From Pseudogymnoascus verrucosus (taxonomy: Eukaryota), in the NCBI GenBank assembly GCA_001662655.1, contig KV460206.1: a stretch of DNA of 64,000 nt, one strand, 5' to 3'. Below the pieces are notes generated by a model. The model was not told the origin of the DNA. It was given only the letters and a program-made list of their open reading frames with translations, and did not search any database. A program made the translations under genes and the position numbers. Of the stretch, positions 47,597 to 59,751 are shown piece by piece; within the stretch, counting starts at the first letter, position 1; each line of letters opens with the position of its first letter.

Positions 47597-49720
47597 CTAC
47601 GCCCCATCAGTCAACACCCTCGCCCAATCAAACTTCCTAAACCTCTTCTTAAACCCCTCCATCCTCTCCACATCCCCCCCCCTCACCCACCTCCCCTGCC
47701 TCTTCACCACATCCGGCTCCACATCCAACATCCCCCCAATCACCTCCCTCGCAAACAAATCCCCCCTCGGCCAACGATTCGCATCCTCAACCACATGTCC
47801 CAGTCCCCCATCCAAATCAAACCAAACATGAAAATACGGCATCTCCTTCGCCAACGTCCTCCTAAACGCCAGTTTCCCCATCCCCCCCTTCGCCGCCTTC
47901 CCCGTATCAATCAATTTCCGATGCTGCGTCCACTCCTCGTCGGAGGCCAGGATCGCTTCGCGGAAAAAGGCGGGCGCGGTGTCGCCCAGCTCGTAGGGGA
48001 GGGGGATGGCTTGGAGGGCGGCGTGGGGGCGGCGGTGGGGGGCGGCGGCGTTCTCGTAGAAGATGACGGCGCGCCCTTGGTCGTGGTACATGCGCGTCAG
48101 GCTTTTCATGTAGTTGCGCAACTCGTCCCACTCGTCGTCATCGCACTCGAGCAAGTTGGTGCGGTGCGCGATAGGGACGATGACGGCGCCGCCATCCGCG
48201 ATCTCAGGGGTAGTAGGGAGTGTCAAAAACGTGCGCGTCCCCAGCGAGACAATAGGCGCAGCGGGCGCCTGATTGCGATCCTCATGATGGCACAGCGGAC
48301 AGGCGTCAAGGATGCGGTTCATCTTCTGGAACTCCCCGATGGCCATGTTCTTGAGGTTTATCTCGGACTTCGGGGCAGTCTTGGCGAGCTTCGCGGTGTT
48401 GTCATCGATGTATTCGAGGTTGTTCTCGAATTTCGTGTCTTTGGCAATGCGCTCGGCGAATTTACGTCCTTCGCCGCCGGCTTGGTATTTGGTGCGGCGC
48501 TCTTCGCGGACCATGTCTTCGATGCTCATGTCTTCGTTGGACTTGACGAGGCCGCGCTCGCGGCCGCGTTTGTTGTCGATGGAGACCACTTCGCCGCGTG
48601 TTCCGGCTAGGAGTCTGTTCTCCATTTCGCCGAGGACGATGACTTCGGGTCCTCTGGCGAGGAGGCCGGCGGCTGCTTCGTTGTACTCAGCCTCGAGCTT
48701 TGCAACGTCAGGGGAACCCTTAAGCTTCGCCTTCATCAGCTGGGCCTTCATCCTATTAAGCTGAGTCTGGTCGACCCGCACCACAGGAGCCTGGGGTTGC
48801 TGCTCCTCTATAACCCTCCCCTGCGGTAAATCCCTCGCAGCCTCCTCCGCCTCTTTCTCCTCTCTCTGCTTCTTCACTGCCATCGCTGCCCTCCTCTCCT
48901 CAAACAACTCCCCGCTCGGCTTCTCCTTCCCCACATACCCCTTCCCATACAACTTCCTCCTCTCCAACTCCACCTCCTCCTCCCTCGCATCGTCAAACTC
49001 GCGTAATCCCCCCAGCCGCTCAACAGCCACATCCTCCAGCGTCCTCTTCCCTTCCTCCGCCTCCCTATACACAGCCTTCAACTTCGTCATCCTCCACTGT
49101 GCACCACTATCCCCAAATGTATACTCCACCTCCCTCTCCTCATCCTCCGGATCCACAGCTTCGCTTTCCTCCAACCGCACATCCTTCAACTGGTGATTCA
49201 ACTCGTTCCGATGGATCTTAATCTCCATCTTCTCCTCCACCGTACCCTTCTCCTCCTTCTTCGCCCCCCTCTGCGTGTAATCCACCTCCAGCGCGCCCGG
49301 CGCCGTCATCCACGCATCGCGCTTCACCGCCGGCGGGGCCACACCTAGTGGCGCATCGGTCTGCGGTATCTCCTCGTCAGGAAGTGGCAGGTCTTCCTTA
49401 GGATCGGTAGTCTTCTCATAACGGTGCCGCCTCTTGCGCTCTTCATCATGCGAGGAGTCGTCCCGATGTCGCCGTTTCCTCTCATCGTCGCGAGAGGAGT
49501 CGCGGTGCCGGCGCTTATGCCTGTGTCCATCATCATTGTCGTCGCGCGAGCGCCGGTGGTGGCGTCGCTCGGAGTCGTCGTCGTCGCGGGACTTGTGGTG
49601 GTGGCTGCGGTGGTGGTGACGGTGGCGGTCGCTGCGGGATTTGGATTTGGATTCTTCGTCTTCGCGGGCTTTTTTCTCGGCTGCGAGGGTCTTCTCGAAT
49701 TCGTCGAGGCCGTCGTCCAT
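47597..49720 (-). CDS. CWF19: Cwf19/CWF19L2 spliceosome-associated protein (CwfJ C-terminal domains)
   Basis: GDSGAQWRMTKLK; DMSIEDMVREE; CPLC; FREAIL.SDEEW.QH.KLIDT; MPYFHVWF.LDGG.GHVVED. Confidence 0.93.
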   Translation of the reverse strand: MDDGLDEFEKTLAAEKKAREDEESKSKSRSDRHRHHHRSHHHKSRDDDDSERRHHRRSRDDNDDGHRHKRRHRDSSRDDERKRRHRDDSSHDEERKRRHRYEKTTDPKEDLPLPDEEIPQTDAPLGVAPPAVKRDAWMTAPGALEVDYTQRGAKKEEKGTVEEKMEIKIHRNELNHQLKDVRLEESEAVDPEDEEREVEYTFGDSGAQWRMTKLKAVYREAEEGKRTLEDVAVERLGGLREFDDAREEEVELERRKLYGKGYVGKEKPSGELFEERRAAMAVKKQREEKEAEEAARDLPQGRVIEEQQPQAPVVRVDQTQLNRMKAQLMKAKLKGSPDVAKLEAEYNEAAAGLLARGPEVIVLGEMENRLLAGTRGEVVSIDNKRGRERGLVKSNEDMSIEDMVREERRTKYQAGGEGRKFAERIAKDTKFENNLEYIDDNTAKLAKTAPKSEINLKNMAIGEFQKMNRILDACPLCHHEDRNQAPAAPIVSLGTRTFLTLPTTPEIADGGAVIVPIAHRTNLLECDDDEWDELRNYMKSLTRMYHDQGRAVIFYENAAAPHRRPHAALQAIPLPYELGDTAPAFFREAILASDEEWTQHRKLIDTGKAAKGGMGKLAFRRTLAKEMPYFHVWFDLDGGLGHVVEDANRWPRGDLFAREVIGGMLDVEPDVVKRQGRWVRGGDVERMEGFKKRFRKFDWARVLTDGA

Positions 49721-50106
49721 GGTTGGGTGTGGTGCTGGTGACAAGGCTTAAGTGTGGTTTGTAGAGAGCTCTTGGCTGGGGTTGCGGATGAGATGCGGCT
49801 TTGATGGTTGTGCGTTTATGTTGATCTCATGGTTTCGTCAATGGATGGAGGTTTTTGCGTATATCTCCAGCTCTTTGGGTATATATTATAAAGACACCAA
49901 ATAATTCATTGATCCAGCATCTTGATTAAACTTCATCACCTCGCGTCACAAACCAAGCTTCAACGTCCATAAAACGCACGGACCATGCATTGATCAATCA
50001 GCCTTGGGCCTAGCTTGCTTATCAGTTGAGCCTTGTCCACCCCCACCTTGCATCTACAAATTTATCTCCAGCCTCAACTCCACGCCATAATACTCACAAC
50101 ACAACC

Positions 50107-51323
50107 ATGGCTTCCCAAACTCCCGTCTCGATCGTCTGCGTAGGCATGGCCGGTACATCCCCTCCACTACCCCAATCTCAAACCCCAAACTTACACACCC
50201 CACAGGTTCCGGCAAAACCACCTTCATGCAACGCATCAACGCTCACCTCCACGAAAAGAAGACCCCCCCCTACGTCATCAACCTCGACCCCGCCGTGCGC
50301 ACCGTCCCCTTCGAGTCCAACATCGACATCCGCGACTCGGTTAACTACCAAGAGGTGATGAAGAGTTACAACCTCGGTCCCAACGGCGGGATCCTCACCT
50401 CGCTCAACCTGTTCGCCACGAAAATAGACCAGATCGTCACGCTGCTCGAGAAGCGCACCTTACCAGACCCTGCGAACCCGGACAAGAAGCCCATCGAGCA
50501 TATCCTCGTCGACACGCCGGGGCAGATCGAGGTGTTCGTGTGGAGTGCGTCGGGGAGTATTTTGCTCGATTCGCTGGCGTCGAGTTTCCCGACGGTGGTG
50601 GCGTATATTATCGATACGCCGCGCACGGCATCGACGAGCACGTTTATGAGCAATATGTTGTATGCGTGCAGTATCTTGTATAAGACGAAGTTACCGATGA
50701 TTTTGGTGTTCAATAAGACGGATGTTAAGGATGCGGAGTTTGCAAAGGAGTGGATGACGGATTTTGAGGCGTTTCAGGAGGCGTTGAGGGCGGAGGAGGA
50801 GGAGGGCAGCTTTGGTGGGGTTGAGGGCGGGGTGGGTGTTGGGGGGGGGAGTGGGTATATGGGGTCGCTTTTGAACAGTATGAGTTTGATGTTGGAGGAG
50901 TTTTATAGCCATCTGAGTGTCGTTGGGGTCAGTTCCATGACCGGCGATGGGATTGATGAGTTCTTCGAGGCGGTGCAGGAGAAGGCTGACGAGTTCAACC
51001 GCGATTACAAGCCCGAGCTTGAGAGGCGGCGGAAGCAGCGCGCTGATGAGAAGACTGCGGGCAGAGAGAAGGAGTTGGGGAAACTGATGAAGGATATGGC
51101 TGTCTCTGGGGAGAGGTCAAATGCGCCAGAGGAGAAGGTCGACATGGACGTTATCAGCGATTTAGAGGACAGCTCGGACTCTGATGCTGCGGAGGGTGAT
51201 GAGGGAGAGAGGGAAGAGGGGCTGAAGTCGAGGTATAAGGAGGCCATGCAAAAGTCGGGGGCGGTGACCGACGAGGACAACAGCTTCTCGAGATACGTGA
51301 GGTCGAGTCAGATGGGTATGTAG
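50107..51323 (+). CDS. NPA3: GPN-loop GTPase 1 (intron 50153-50205)
   Basis: [40 protein letters not shown]. Confidence 0.97.
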
Positions 51324-51818
51324 AGGGATGGGGGATTTGTTAGGAGCTGGCGTTCATGGAGGCATTGCAAGGCGCATCTGAATACCACAAAATGGAAATA
51401 TTATGAATACCTTACCAGCGCATCATCCGTAGTTACTGTGCGGCGGTTATATGGCAGCTGTCAGCCGTTTTCAACCTTTCGAGTGTCCAGACCAGAGGCA
51501 AACTGATGCAGGATCAACAGTTCACGGACCCCTAAATCAACTCACATCCACCGACACCCATAACAGACTTGCCCGTGTAAGGTATAATAGCCATGAACCA
51601 GAGAAAAATCTCGATCTTGTTGCATTTGGTAGAGCTTCACTGTGTAGAAACTGCTCAGAACCACCACATCTCAAAACGCCCGCATCCGTACTCCGTCCCA
51701 TGCACGCCTTCATAATACCCCCCCACCCCCCAATTTTCCCTTCCCCTCCATTCACACACCCCCCCCCTCCCCGCGGCCCGTTCCCAAGTATTTGTCCGTC
51801 CCATCTTCCTCCTCCCCA

Positions 51819-52115
51819 TCATCTCGCCTCAAACTGCACCATCCTGTCTCCTGTCAGCTTCCATCCACCCCACTAACTTCACTCCGCGCCACCCCAGCAA
51901 ACTCACCTCTTCGTCCTCTCCTTATAAAGCACTCTGTGTCCACACTCCTTGCATCTAATCGGATCCCCACGCTTCAGCGGCACACGGCTGTTACAATCGC
52001 CACAGAGGTAGTTGATCGCTGGTCCCTCGCTCGCAGCAGTGTATCCCTGATCGCGAGCTGCGATGGGGACGCCGCCGCCGGCGGTGGGGGGGACGTAGGC
52101 TTCGCGCGAGGACAT
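51819..52115 (-). CDS. RPC10: RNA polymerases I/II/III shared subunit Rpb12/RPABC4 (2 exons)
   Basis: YLCGDC...IRCKECGHRVLYKERTKR|MVQFEAR*. Confidence 0.97.
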
Positions 52116-52798
52116 GGTGTGTGTGTGTGTGGTTTTCGTGGCGGAGTAGTAGATGGTGGTGGTGTTTGGAGTTAGAGTAGTGGGATGTGAGGGAGGAGGC
52201 TGAGAAATGCAATTGCGAGGCGCGAACGAAATATTTGGAGGCGCGGGTGGAAGGCGGTGGCAGAATTTATGGGGGGGTTAAAGGACTGGTCACGTGCGAC
52301 GACCTTTTTTTTTTGTATGAGAGTTTGGTCGGTTTTTTGTTGGAATATTTGGTTTCTTTTGTTTATTACTGGTTGTATAGTTGTTGCTATACTGGTGGTA
52401 TATATTTTTGGCTTCATTAGATAGTTATTTGGTGGTATTGGTGGTGTTTGGTTATTTTCTACCGATTTATAAAATAATGATATTATTTTTGTTGGACATA
52501 AATATAAAGTCATACAGAAAATATTCGTACTACTAATGACAAATACCAAAAAACATAGAGTATTATGGTCAAGATATTGCATGTCTTCGTATCCACTTCA
52601 TTTAACGGCTATATACATCGTCGCCGTTTTTTTTTCAGACCCCGAAGTCAATAGTTCTAAACGTTAAATCAAGACCTAATGCCGGTCGAAAACCATTCTA
52701 AATACATACTACATGCCAACCAGCTATCCCAAGATAAATATCCATAATCCTAGCCCTCAACAGCGTGTCACCAAAACGTGGCCACTGGTGAGAGGTCT

Positions 52799-54088
52799 TC
52801 AAACCCAGGGTTCCGGAGTCTTTTCTCCCACACTGTTGGTGACTTCCACAAAGTGTCCCCATTGCTTCAAAGCAGCGCCACTCTCAACCGCCCATCTTGC
52901 CCTACGAACACCCTCCTTCCATCTCTGACCTCCCGGACCTCTCTCCGTGATGACCTGTCCGTCATCACCGGGACCCATGTTACTCGTATCCGCCTCGCAA
53001 ATCCCCGACGCCACGAATAGTGCCGCCGTGTTCATCAACACAAAATGGAGGATCGGGTCATCTCTCGAGAGCTTGTTATTCAACAAGTTCATAAGGATCG
53101 CTGCATTCTCGACCGGCTCCTTACCCGGTGAAACTTCGGACAGCGGGTGAGCGGGGAGACCAAAGTCAGCAGCGGAGACGATGAAGTGGTCAACATCAAT
53201 CGCCTTCTCTCCATTAACCACCGTCTCATTGAGCATCCAGCAGTAAGTGTCCCCCGCACAACTAATCTCATCAAGATCCTCCGCACCACACGCAATGATA
53301 GCCTTGGTGGCGCCAGTCATCTTGAGCGCCTCGGCGAAAACGGGGCCGAGATCGCGGCGCGCGACACCGATGAGGCGGGCTTCGATGACGCCTTCTAGGG
53401 GGTTGCTGAGGGGGCCGAGGAGGTTGAAGATGGTTCTCCAGCCGAGCTCTTTGCGGATTGGCGCGACGTACTTCATGGCCAGGTGGAAGACGGGGGCGTA
53501 GAGGAAGGCGTAGTTGGTCTTCTCATACACCTGGGCGATGGTGTCTGGTCTGACGTTTAAGAGCACCGGGGGGACTGGTAGAGTGGAAGCAAGGAGATCC
53601 GCCGAGCCGGACTTTGAGGTGGATGCTCTGTTGCCGTGCTTGCTTACAAGGAGAAGTGAGGACGCCAGGATAGACGAAGTCGTCGAGATATTGAAAGTAT
53701 GGTGAGAATCACCTCCCGTGCCAACAATATCAACCTGTTACGAGTTAGTAAAGTCAACCCAAGTGATAAAAATCCCACTCACCAGCCCGCCCTTATAATT
53801 CCCCTCTCCCATATCCTTCCGTTTCACAACCTCTGCCAATATGCTCCTATCCAGCGGTGCAGCGGCATCCCGCATAGCCTTCGCGCACTTCGCAATAACA
53901 TCCGCTGTGCGGTCCCTCCCGGTAAAATGCAGACAAGTTAGCAGCGCACCGATCTGGACCGGCGACAGCTGATTGGTAAAAATGTGCGAAATCGCAGCTG
54001 CGATCTCGTCGGCGCTCACGTGTGGCTCGACCCCGGCGGGCCAAAGCCTCTTGAGCAAGGGCGTGATGGAGATTTGTGGGAGCGACAT
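52799..54088 (-). CDS. TRP4: Anthranilate phosphoribosyltransferase
   Basis: GGL|VDIVGTGGD..TFNIST; KHGNRASTSKSGSAD; RKELGWRTIFNLLGPL.NP; LDEIS. Confidence 0.97.
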
Positions 54089-54240
54089 GATGTTGGAAAA
54101 TGTGAAATTGGGAAATAAAGAGGAATGAAAATGGAGCGAGGTTGTTGCCCAAAGGGCTGCTTTAATAAAGAACAGTAAGCCAATAACTGTTTGCCTGTTT
54201 GCTTTATTACCCCGAATGTATTGTACAGATATCACAAGAG

Positions 54241-54248
54241 AGAGTCAT
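54241..54248 (-). promoter_or_regulatory. Gcn4/CpcA-type site ATGACTCT upstream of TRP4
   Basis: TGACTC core ~155 bp upstream of an amino-acid biosynthesis gene. Confidence 0.45.
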
Positions 54249-54525
54249 AGGGTGGTATTGAATAAAGTACCATATTCGGAAGAATATCGGCGGGCACGTT
54301 GTGTCGCGCCCAATCATGAACGCTGACAATGTATTGATGCCTGAGGCAACAAATATTTGTTCGATGCCAAAATTACTGGACCGAGACGATTCCTAAATTC
54401 GAGGAGAGACCAGGAGCTTTCACCAGTTCACCAACTCCACGCAACTTCCACCGTACGTCACGATCCCAATCCCTCCCAAAACCCTCAATTGACCTAACAC
54501 CCCTCCCCAGAACAAGTTGCCCACC

Positions 54526-55497
54526 ATGCCACCACGGCTACACCGCCCCTCGCGAGCCGCCCTCACCTCCCTCCTCCGCACTCCCAACACCACCGCAACC
54601 ACCACCCTCCTCCCACGCCAATACGCCACCGCAACCATAACCGCGAACACCTCCTCGCACCCCTCCCTTCCACCGCTAAAATCCCGCCTCCCAACCACCC
54701 AACCCATCTCCCTCAAGCCCGCCCAGTTCCGAAAAACCCAACTCCTGCGCCAATACGCCTCGCTGCTCCGCTCGACACCCCTCCTCATCCTCTTCCAGCA
54801 CAACAACCTCAATACCGCGGAATGGACGTCGCTGCGTCGTGAGCTTGCTGCCGCGCTCGCGAAGGTGGATGCTGGGCTTGCTTTGGCTGGGGAGCCGGTC
54901 CCGTCGGGGTCGGCTGTGAAGCTGCAGATTGTGCAGACGGGGATTTTTGCTGCGGCGCTACGCGTGGTGGAGTACTTTGATCCGTCTGCTGTGGGATCGG
55001 GGGAGGCGAGCCACACGCTCAGTAAAGCTGCGCACGAGGCTGTCGTGGGAAAGAGGACTTCGCACGGATTCGCGCCGTTGCTCGCTGGCCCTGTCGCGGT
55101 GCTGAGTTTCCCAACTGTGAGCCCAGCGCACCTGAAGGCGGCGCTGACGGTGTTGGCGCCGTTGGCACCAGAGTACCCTGCGCCGACGCGGAAGGCGCAC
55201 CCGGGGTGGCATGATAATGCGGTGCAGACGGGTCTGCAGAAGCTGCAGCTGCTAGGCGCGAGGGTGGAGGGGAAGGTGTTCGATATGGAGGGCGCGAGGT
55301 GGGTGGGTATGATTCCGGGTGGATTGGATGGGTTGAGGGCGCAGGTTGTGCATTTGTTGCAGAGTGCTGGGGCTGGGGTTACGAATGCGTTGGAGAGCGC
55401 GGGGAAGAGCTTGTTTTTTACGGTAGAGGGGAGGAGGATGATGTTGGAGGATGAGGCGAAGGGGCCGGAGGTGAAGGATGAGGTGAAGGCGGAGTAG
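54526..55497 (+). CDS. MRPL11: Mitochondrial ribosomal protein uL10m
   Basis: Arg/Thr-rich presequence; RKTQLLRQY..LL....L.FQHNNL...EW..LRREL; LLGARVEGKVFD; GLRAQVV.LL. Confidence 0.88.
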   Translation: MPPRLHRPSRAALTSLLRTPNTTATTTLLPRQYATATITANTSSHPSLPPLKSRLPTTQPISLKPAQFRKTQLLRQYASLLRSTPLLILFQHNNLNTAEWTSLRRELAAALAKVDAGLALAGEPVPSGSAVKLQIVQTGIFAAALRVVEYFDPSAVGSGEASHTLSKAAHEAVVGKRTSHGFAPLLAGPVAVLSFPTVSPAHLKAALTVLAPLAPEYPAPTRKAHPGWHDNAVQTGLQKLQLLGARVEGKVFDMEGARWVGMIPGGLDGLRAQVVHLLQSAGAGVTNALESAGKSLFFTVEGRRMMLEDEAKGPEVKDEVKAE

Positions 55498-55656
55498 ATG
55501 GGTATGATAGTGAGGACTGTATTATATTGTTTTCATAGTGTTGGTTTGGCATAGAATGTAAGAAGACACTTGGCAACGCCTCATGAAATATATTTTGTTA
55601 TTCGTCTACCTTCTTCCTCCCTATTCAAATCATAGCCACATCGGTCTATAAACCAT

Positions 55657-57144
55657 CTATTTGTTCTCCCTCAACTCCAACTTGGCATTGTGTCCAACAA
55701 TACACCTAACTAGATCCCAATCACCCTTCTCTCCCACCCAATCGCACACCACAATCCCCGTGCTACCATCCCCAATCGCGCGCCTCTCCGCCAGCGTGCT
55801 ATAGTACTCCTTCTCGTTATGCCTGCGGCACAAGAAATCCACCGTCGCGGGGTTAACCTTCGCAGCGACACGGTCGGGCCAGCATCCCGGACGGAAGAAG
55901 TTGCTCGCAGTCAAGAAGTTGATGAAGAAGGGGTTTGGCGCCTGGGCTGCGTTCGCCGCACCAGGCAGCGGGCACACAAGCGAACCCGCCTTCTCAAGAT
56001 GGGTGTGGCAGAACTTAATCTTCTTATCAATGTTGACGCTCTCTTCGACCTCGTAGAAGTCCTGGACGCGGATGGTGCCGCCGACGCAGAGGCCGTCCTC
56101 ACAGTTGTCAGGCCAGCTGGAAGCGTCGAGACCGAAGCCGGCGTTGTTGTTGTACCCCTTGACAGCGTCATCGACGCCGAAGCGACGGACGAGCACGATC
56201 TTCTTCCTGGCCTCTTCTAGGCGCGGGATGCGGTTGTCGGTGAACCAGCGCCCCTTGTCCTTGGAGATGTAGTGGTCGTGCAGGATCTTGGAGAACTGCT
56301 GGTCGGTGGACTTTCCGACACCCTCGCGCTTGAGACTCATGAGGACGGTCTCGGAGGGGTTCTGGTCGAGAAAGGCGGTTACTTCATTGAGGAAGTCGCG
56401 GAAGTACTTGTTGCCCGTGAGCGAGATTGGGAAGACGGCGTGGACGAGGATCAGGCCGTCGGCGTTGGGATCCTCGAGGTTCTCGGGCTGGACGCGGACA
56501 TCGAGGAAGCGCACGCCGTTGTTGAGCTGGTCGGTCACCGAAACAGCCTGGCAGCGTACGGATGGGAGCGCAAGGTAGTGGGTTGCGGAATTGTGAGTTC
56601 CTGGGATTGAGAGCGCCGACAGAGGAGTTTGGGGCTTGAGCTTGCCCATCCAGGAGTTGAGGCGCGCAGATGAGTAGAGAGAGAGGTAAGAGCTCTGCGG
56701 CAGATAGACTCCAGTATACTCAAACTGCGAGTTCTGCTGAAGAGGAGTCAAAGAGGTAGATTTGCTGGTTGGAGATGGGACGTCGAGCCTGTAACGCTGC
56801 CCTGCGTTCTCGAAGGTCAATCGCATAATCTCGTGGTCGTCGCGCTCCTTGAGCGGGATATCGGTCTTGCAAACCTCAAACGGCTCGATCCTGATGTTGA
56901 CATCCTTGTGGCTGAAGCTCTGTGCATTGGCTGCCAACTCGAGGTTAGTTGGGCTCTGGATAGTGTTCGTAACATTGTTCATCAGAGTCGTGAAGTTCTT
57001 GGCCAAGCTTCCCAGGCTTGACTCGTTGTTGTTGCTCTTCTCCTCAGTCTTAGCCGGTGCCTGGCCAGGGGCCTGGAAGCGCTCGATGAGCTTCAGCTCA
57101 ATCGGCGTGGAAGTCAAGTTCCTGATAATGAGAGGAGAAGCCAT
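55657..57144 (-). CDS. Phosphatidylinositol-specific phospholipase C, bacterial-type X domain
   Basis: LSALSIPGTHNS; CQ..SV..QLNNGVRFLDVR; PSETVLMSLKRE; VQDFYE; GIVVCDW. Confidence 0.93.
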   Translation of the reverse strand: MASPLIIRNLTSTPIELKLIERFQAPGQAPAKTEEKSNNNESSLGSLAKNFTTLMNNVTNTIQSPTNLELAANAQSFSHKDVNIRIEPFEVCKTDIPLKERDDHEIMRLTFENAGQRYRLDVPSPTSKSTSLTPLQQNSQFEYTGVYLPQSSYLSLYSSARLNSWMGKLKPQTPLSALSIPGTHNSATHYLALPSVRCQAVSVTDQLNNGVRFLDVRVQPENLEDPNADGLILVHAVFPISLTGNKYFRDFLNEVTAFLDQNPSETVLMSLKREGVGKSTDQQFSKILHDHYISKDKGRWFTDNRIPRLEEARKKIVLVRRFGVDDAVKGYNNNAGFGLDASSWPDNCEDGLCVGGTIRVQDFYEVEESVNIDKKIKFCHTHLEKAGSLVCPLPGAANAAQAPNPFFINFLTASNFFRPGCWPDRVAAKVNPATVDFLCRRHNEKEYYSTLAERRAIGDGSTGIVVCDWVGEKGDWDLVRCIVGHNAKLELRENK

Positions 57145-58085
57145 TTTGCGCGGTTGTACAGGAGTGTCGGTGAACCACAGCAAAGGTGAAGCCCAGCCCA
57201 TTATAAACAACCCTCACACAGCCCGCGCGGCCCACGACTTTACCCCTCGTTCGCGCCTTGTCCTGCTGGTTCCTCACAGCTGAGCTGGCTATTTGCTATG
57301 ACGAAAGTAGATAGGGCGTCACAAACCAAGGCTGGAGCACAAGGCCTAACTGCCGCTGCAATTGGTTGTGTTATGGTGCTCTGGAGTCGTGGAGGCTCGG
57401 CGATCCAACAGCTGTAGTTGTGAGTGGACGATGCTGGTGATGCGGGTCGCCCAGAGGAGCGCGCATCCTGTATTGTGGTACTCTAACTGCGCATTAGTAG
57501 GATTGGTACTCCATGTGCTAGTATGTCCTTTACAGTAACTGGAGCTGATGGTGGGGGTAAACACTGCCCCCACCAAAGAAAAATCGACTATCGAACTCGG
57601 TTAGCGGATCACACTCTTGTGTGATTCATATACCACAACATGTCACATCTTTTCATTCAAACAGCAATTTGGCGCAGCGGAAGCGCGCCGGGCTCATAAC
57701 CCGGAGGTCGCATGATCGAAACATGCAATTGCTATATTTTTTGTAATTTTTTTGTATTTTCCTGTCAGGGTGCATCACCACCACGTCTACAGACGTGACT
57801 GTTCCGCTCTCTCTTTTCGCGTCTAAACATACAAAGACTTTTTTTTGTTTGCCACTTTATGATGCTCACTTTTTGAAGATGACTCTCGCTTCAGTTTCTG
57901 ATTATCAAACCTGGTGCAAATGGGAATACACATCACGCATCGTGCGACCAAGCATTTTGACAATTGACTACATTTTGAAGAGCCAGGCACCAGTGGCAAG
58001 TTTGCAGCTATACATATTTTTTATTCTCTAAATCGTGCCTTAAACTAGCTGTTATTTCATTATATCATACCATCACGACGTGCAT

Positions 58086-59190
58086 TTACTCATCATCGTG
58101 GTAGAACACCTTCTCCATGTAGTTCTGCGGCAAGAAACTACCATCACACACCTTGAAGCGGCCCTGCATCGAATCAATAACCTTGATATCCTCCTCAGTC
58201 AACTCAAGCCCATCAATCTCGTAGTTGGCCTGGATGCGGTCCGCGGACACCGACTTGGGGATGACGCTGCGGCCCTTGGTGATGTTCCACACCAACATAA
58301 CCTGCTGCGGCGAGCGGCCCTTCTTCTCAGCGAGCTGGAGGAGAGTGGCGTCCTTGTGCAGCGGCGAGGCGGTGGAACCGAGGCAGGAGTAGGCGGTGGA
58401 GTGGATGCCCTTGGAGGTGTTGTAGGCGACGAGCTTGGGGGAGGGGTTGTTGGGGTGGAGTTCGATCTGGTTAACGGCTGGCACAATCTGGTATTGTCAG
58501 TTTCTACCCCTCACCATCGCTTGCGCGCCTTTCCAATGACTTGAACGCGGGGAAATGGCTTACCTTGCAAGAAGAATCGGCCAAGAGCCTCTCCAAGTGC
58601 TTCTGGCCGAAGTTGCTAACACCGATGTTCTTCACCTTGCCGGTCTCGACTAGCTTCTGCATCTCGCGCCACGTGTCAACGTAATCCCAGTCGGAGTAGA
58701 CCTCCTTCATGTTTGGGTTGGTGCTGCATGGCCAGTGAATGAGGTATAGGTCGACGTAGTCGGTACCCAGGTTCTTGAGCGAGGCATCAATGGCCTCGGC
58801 AGCGCGCTTGTGCCATGGGTTGTCGAGCTTGGTGGTGAGCCAGATCTGCTCGCGGGGAACGCCGGAGGCCTTGATTCCGACACCGACCTCAGTCTCGTTT
58901 TGGTAGGCGAAGGCTGTGTCGATGTGGCCTGGGGGGTGTGTTAGGGATGTGTGAAATGTGAAAATTGCGGGGTAATATGGAGGGGGGGAGAGGCTTACGG
59001 TAACCACTGCGGAGAGCGCTCTCAACGGCCTTCTCAACTTCCCCAGGCTGGGATTGCCACGTCCCCAGACCGATGGCGGGGATCTTGGCACCAGTGTTCA
59101 AAGTGAACGTCTTGCTGCAGACAGGGTGAGCGCTTTTCAAAGTGAGGGGGGGGATGGGAACACTTACGAGGTGTGGTTGACGGCAGCCAT
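58086..59190 (-). CDS. Aldo-keto reductase (Gcy1/Ypr1-like), 4 exons
   Basis: [55 protein letters not shown]. Confidence 0.95.
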
Positions 59191-59751
59191 TGTGATTCTT
59201 CTAAAAGCCAGTTTGACGTGTTATTGGGATAGATAAAAGGTATTGTAAAGAGACTCAAGGGTATCAAATAAACAAAGGATTGAGCAGATTAACTTGGGGA
59301 AAAAAAAGTCCAAGGGCCTCCTGCCTTCTTATACCGGTTACTAAGTAAATTCTCCGGCCTTCTCTTCGGACTCAAGTACTCCTTAACCCCTCGCTGCCAA
59401 TTGTTCCGTCGCAATCCCACCTGTAGATCTTGGCTGGCGTCGTCCCCGTCTCATCCTATCAAAGTTGGTTTACCATGGATGGAGGGGTACCGGTGGGGTA
59501 GACGGTGGATTATGGCGGTGGGGTGTGTTAGTGGGGGTTTGGATGGAATGTGGGAGTTGGGGGGAGTTGGGGTGACGTCGAGAGTTCTTTAGGCTAAAAT
59601 TTGTGTGTCAGCCCACGCGTACGACCGGCACCGAGTGTCCCGGACGACTAACACCCTGCCTGTGTTAACCCGAAGATACGCCAGCACCCCACAAACTCCG
59701 GCCAGGTGCGAATTTCATATAGCTCCTTCTAGGCCCCGCCTATCACTCACA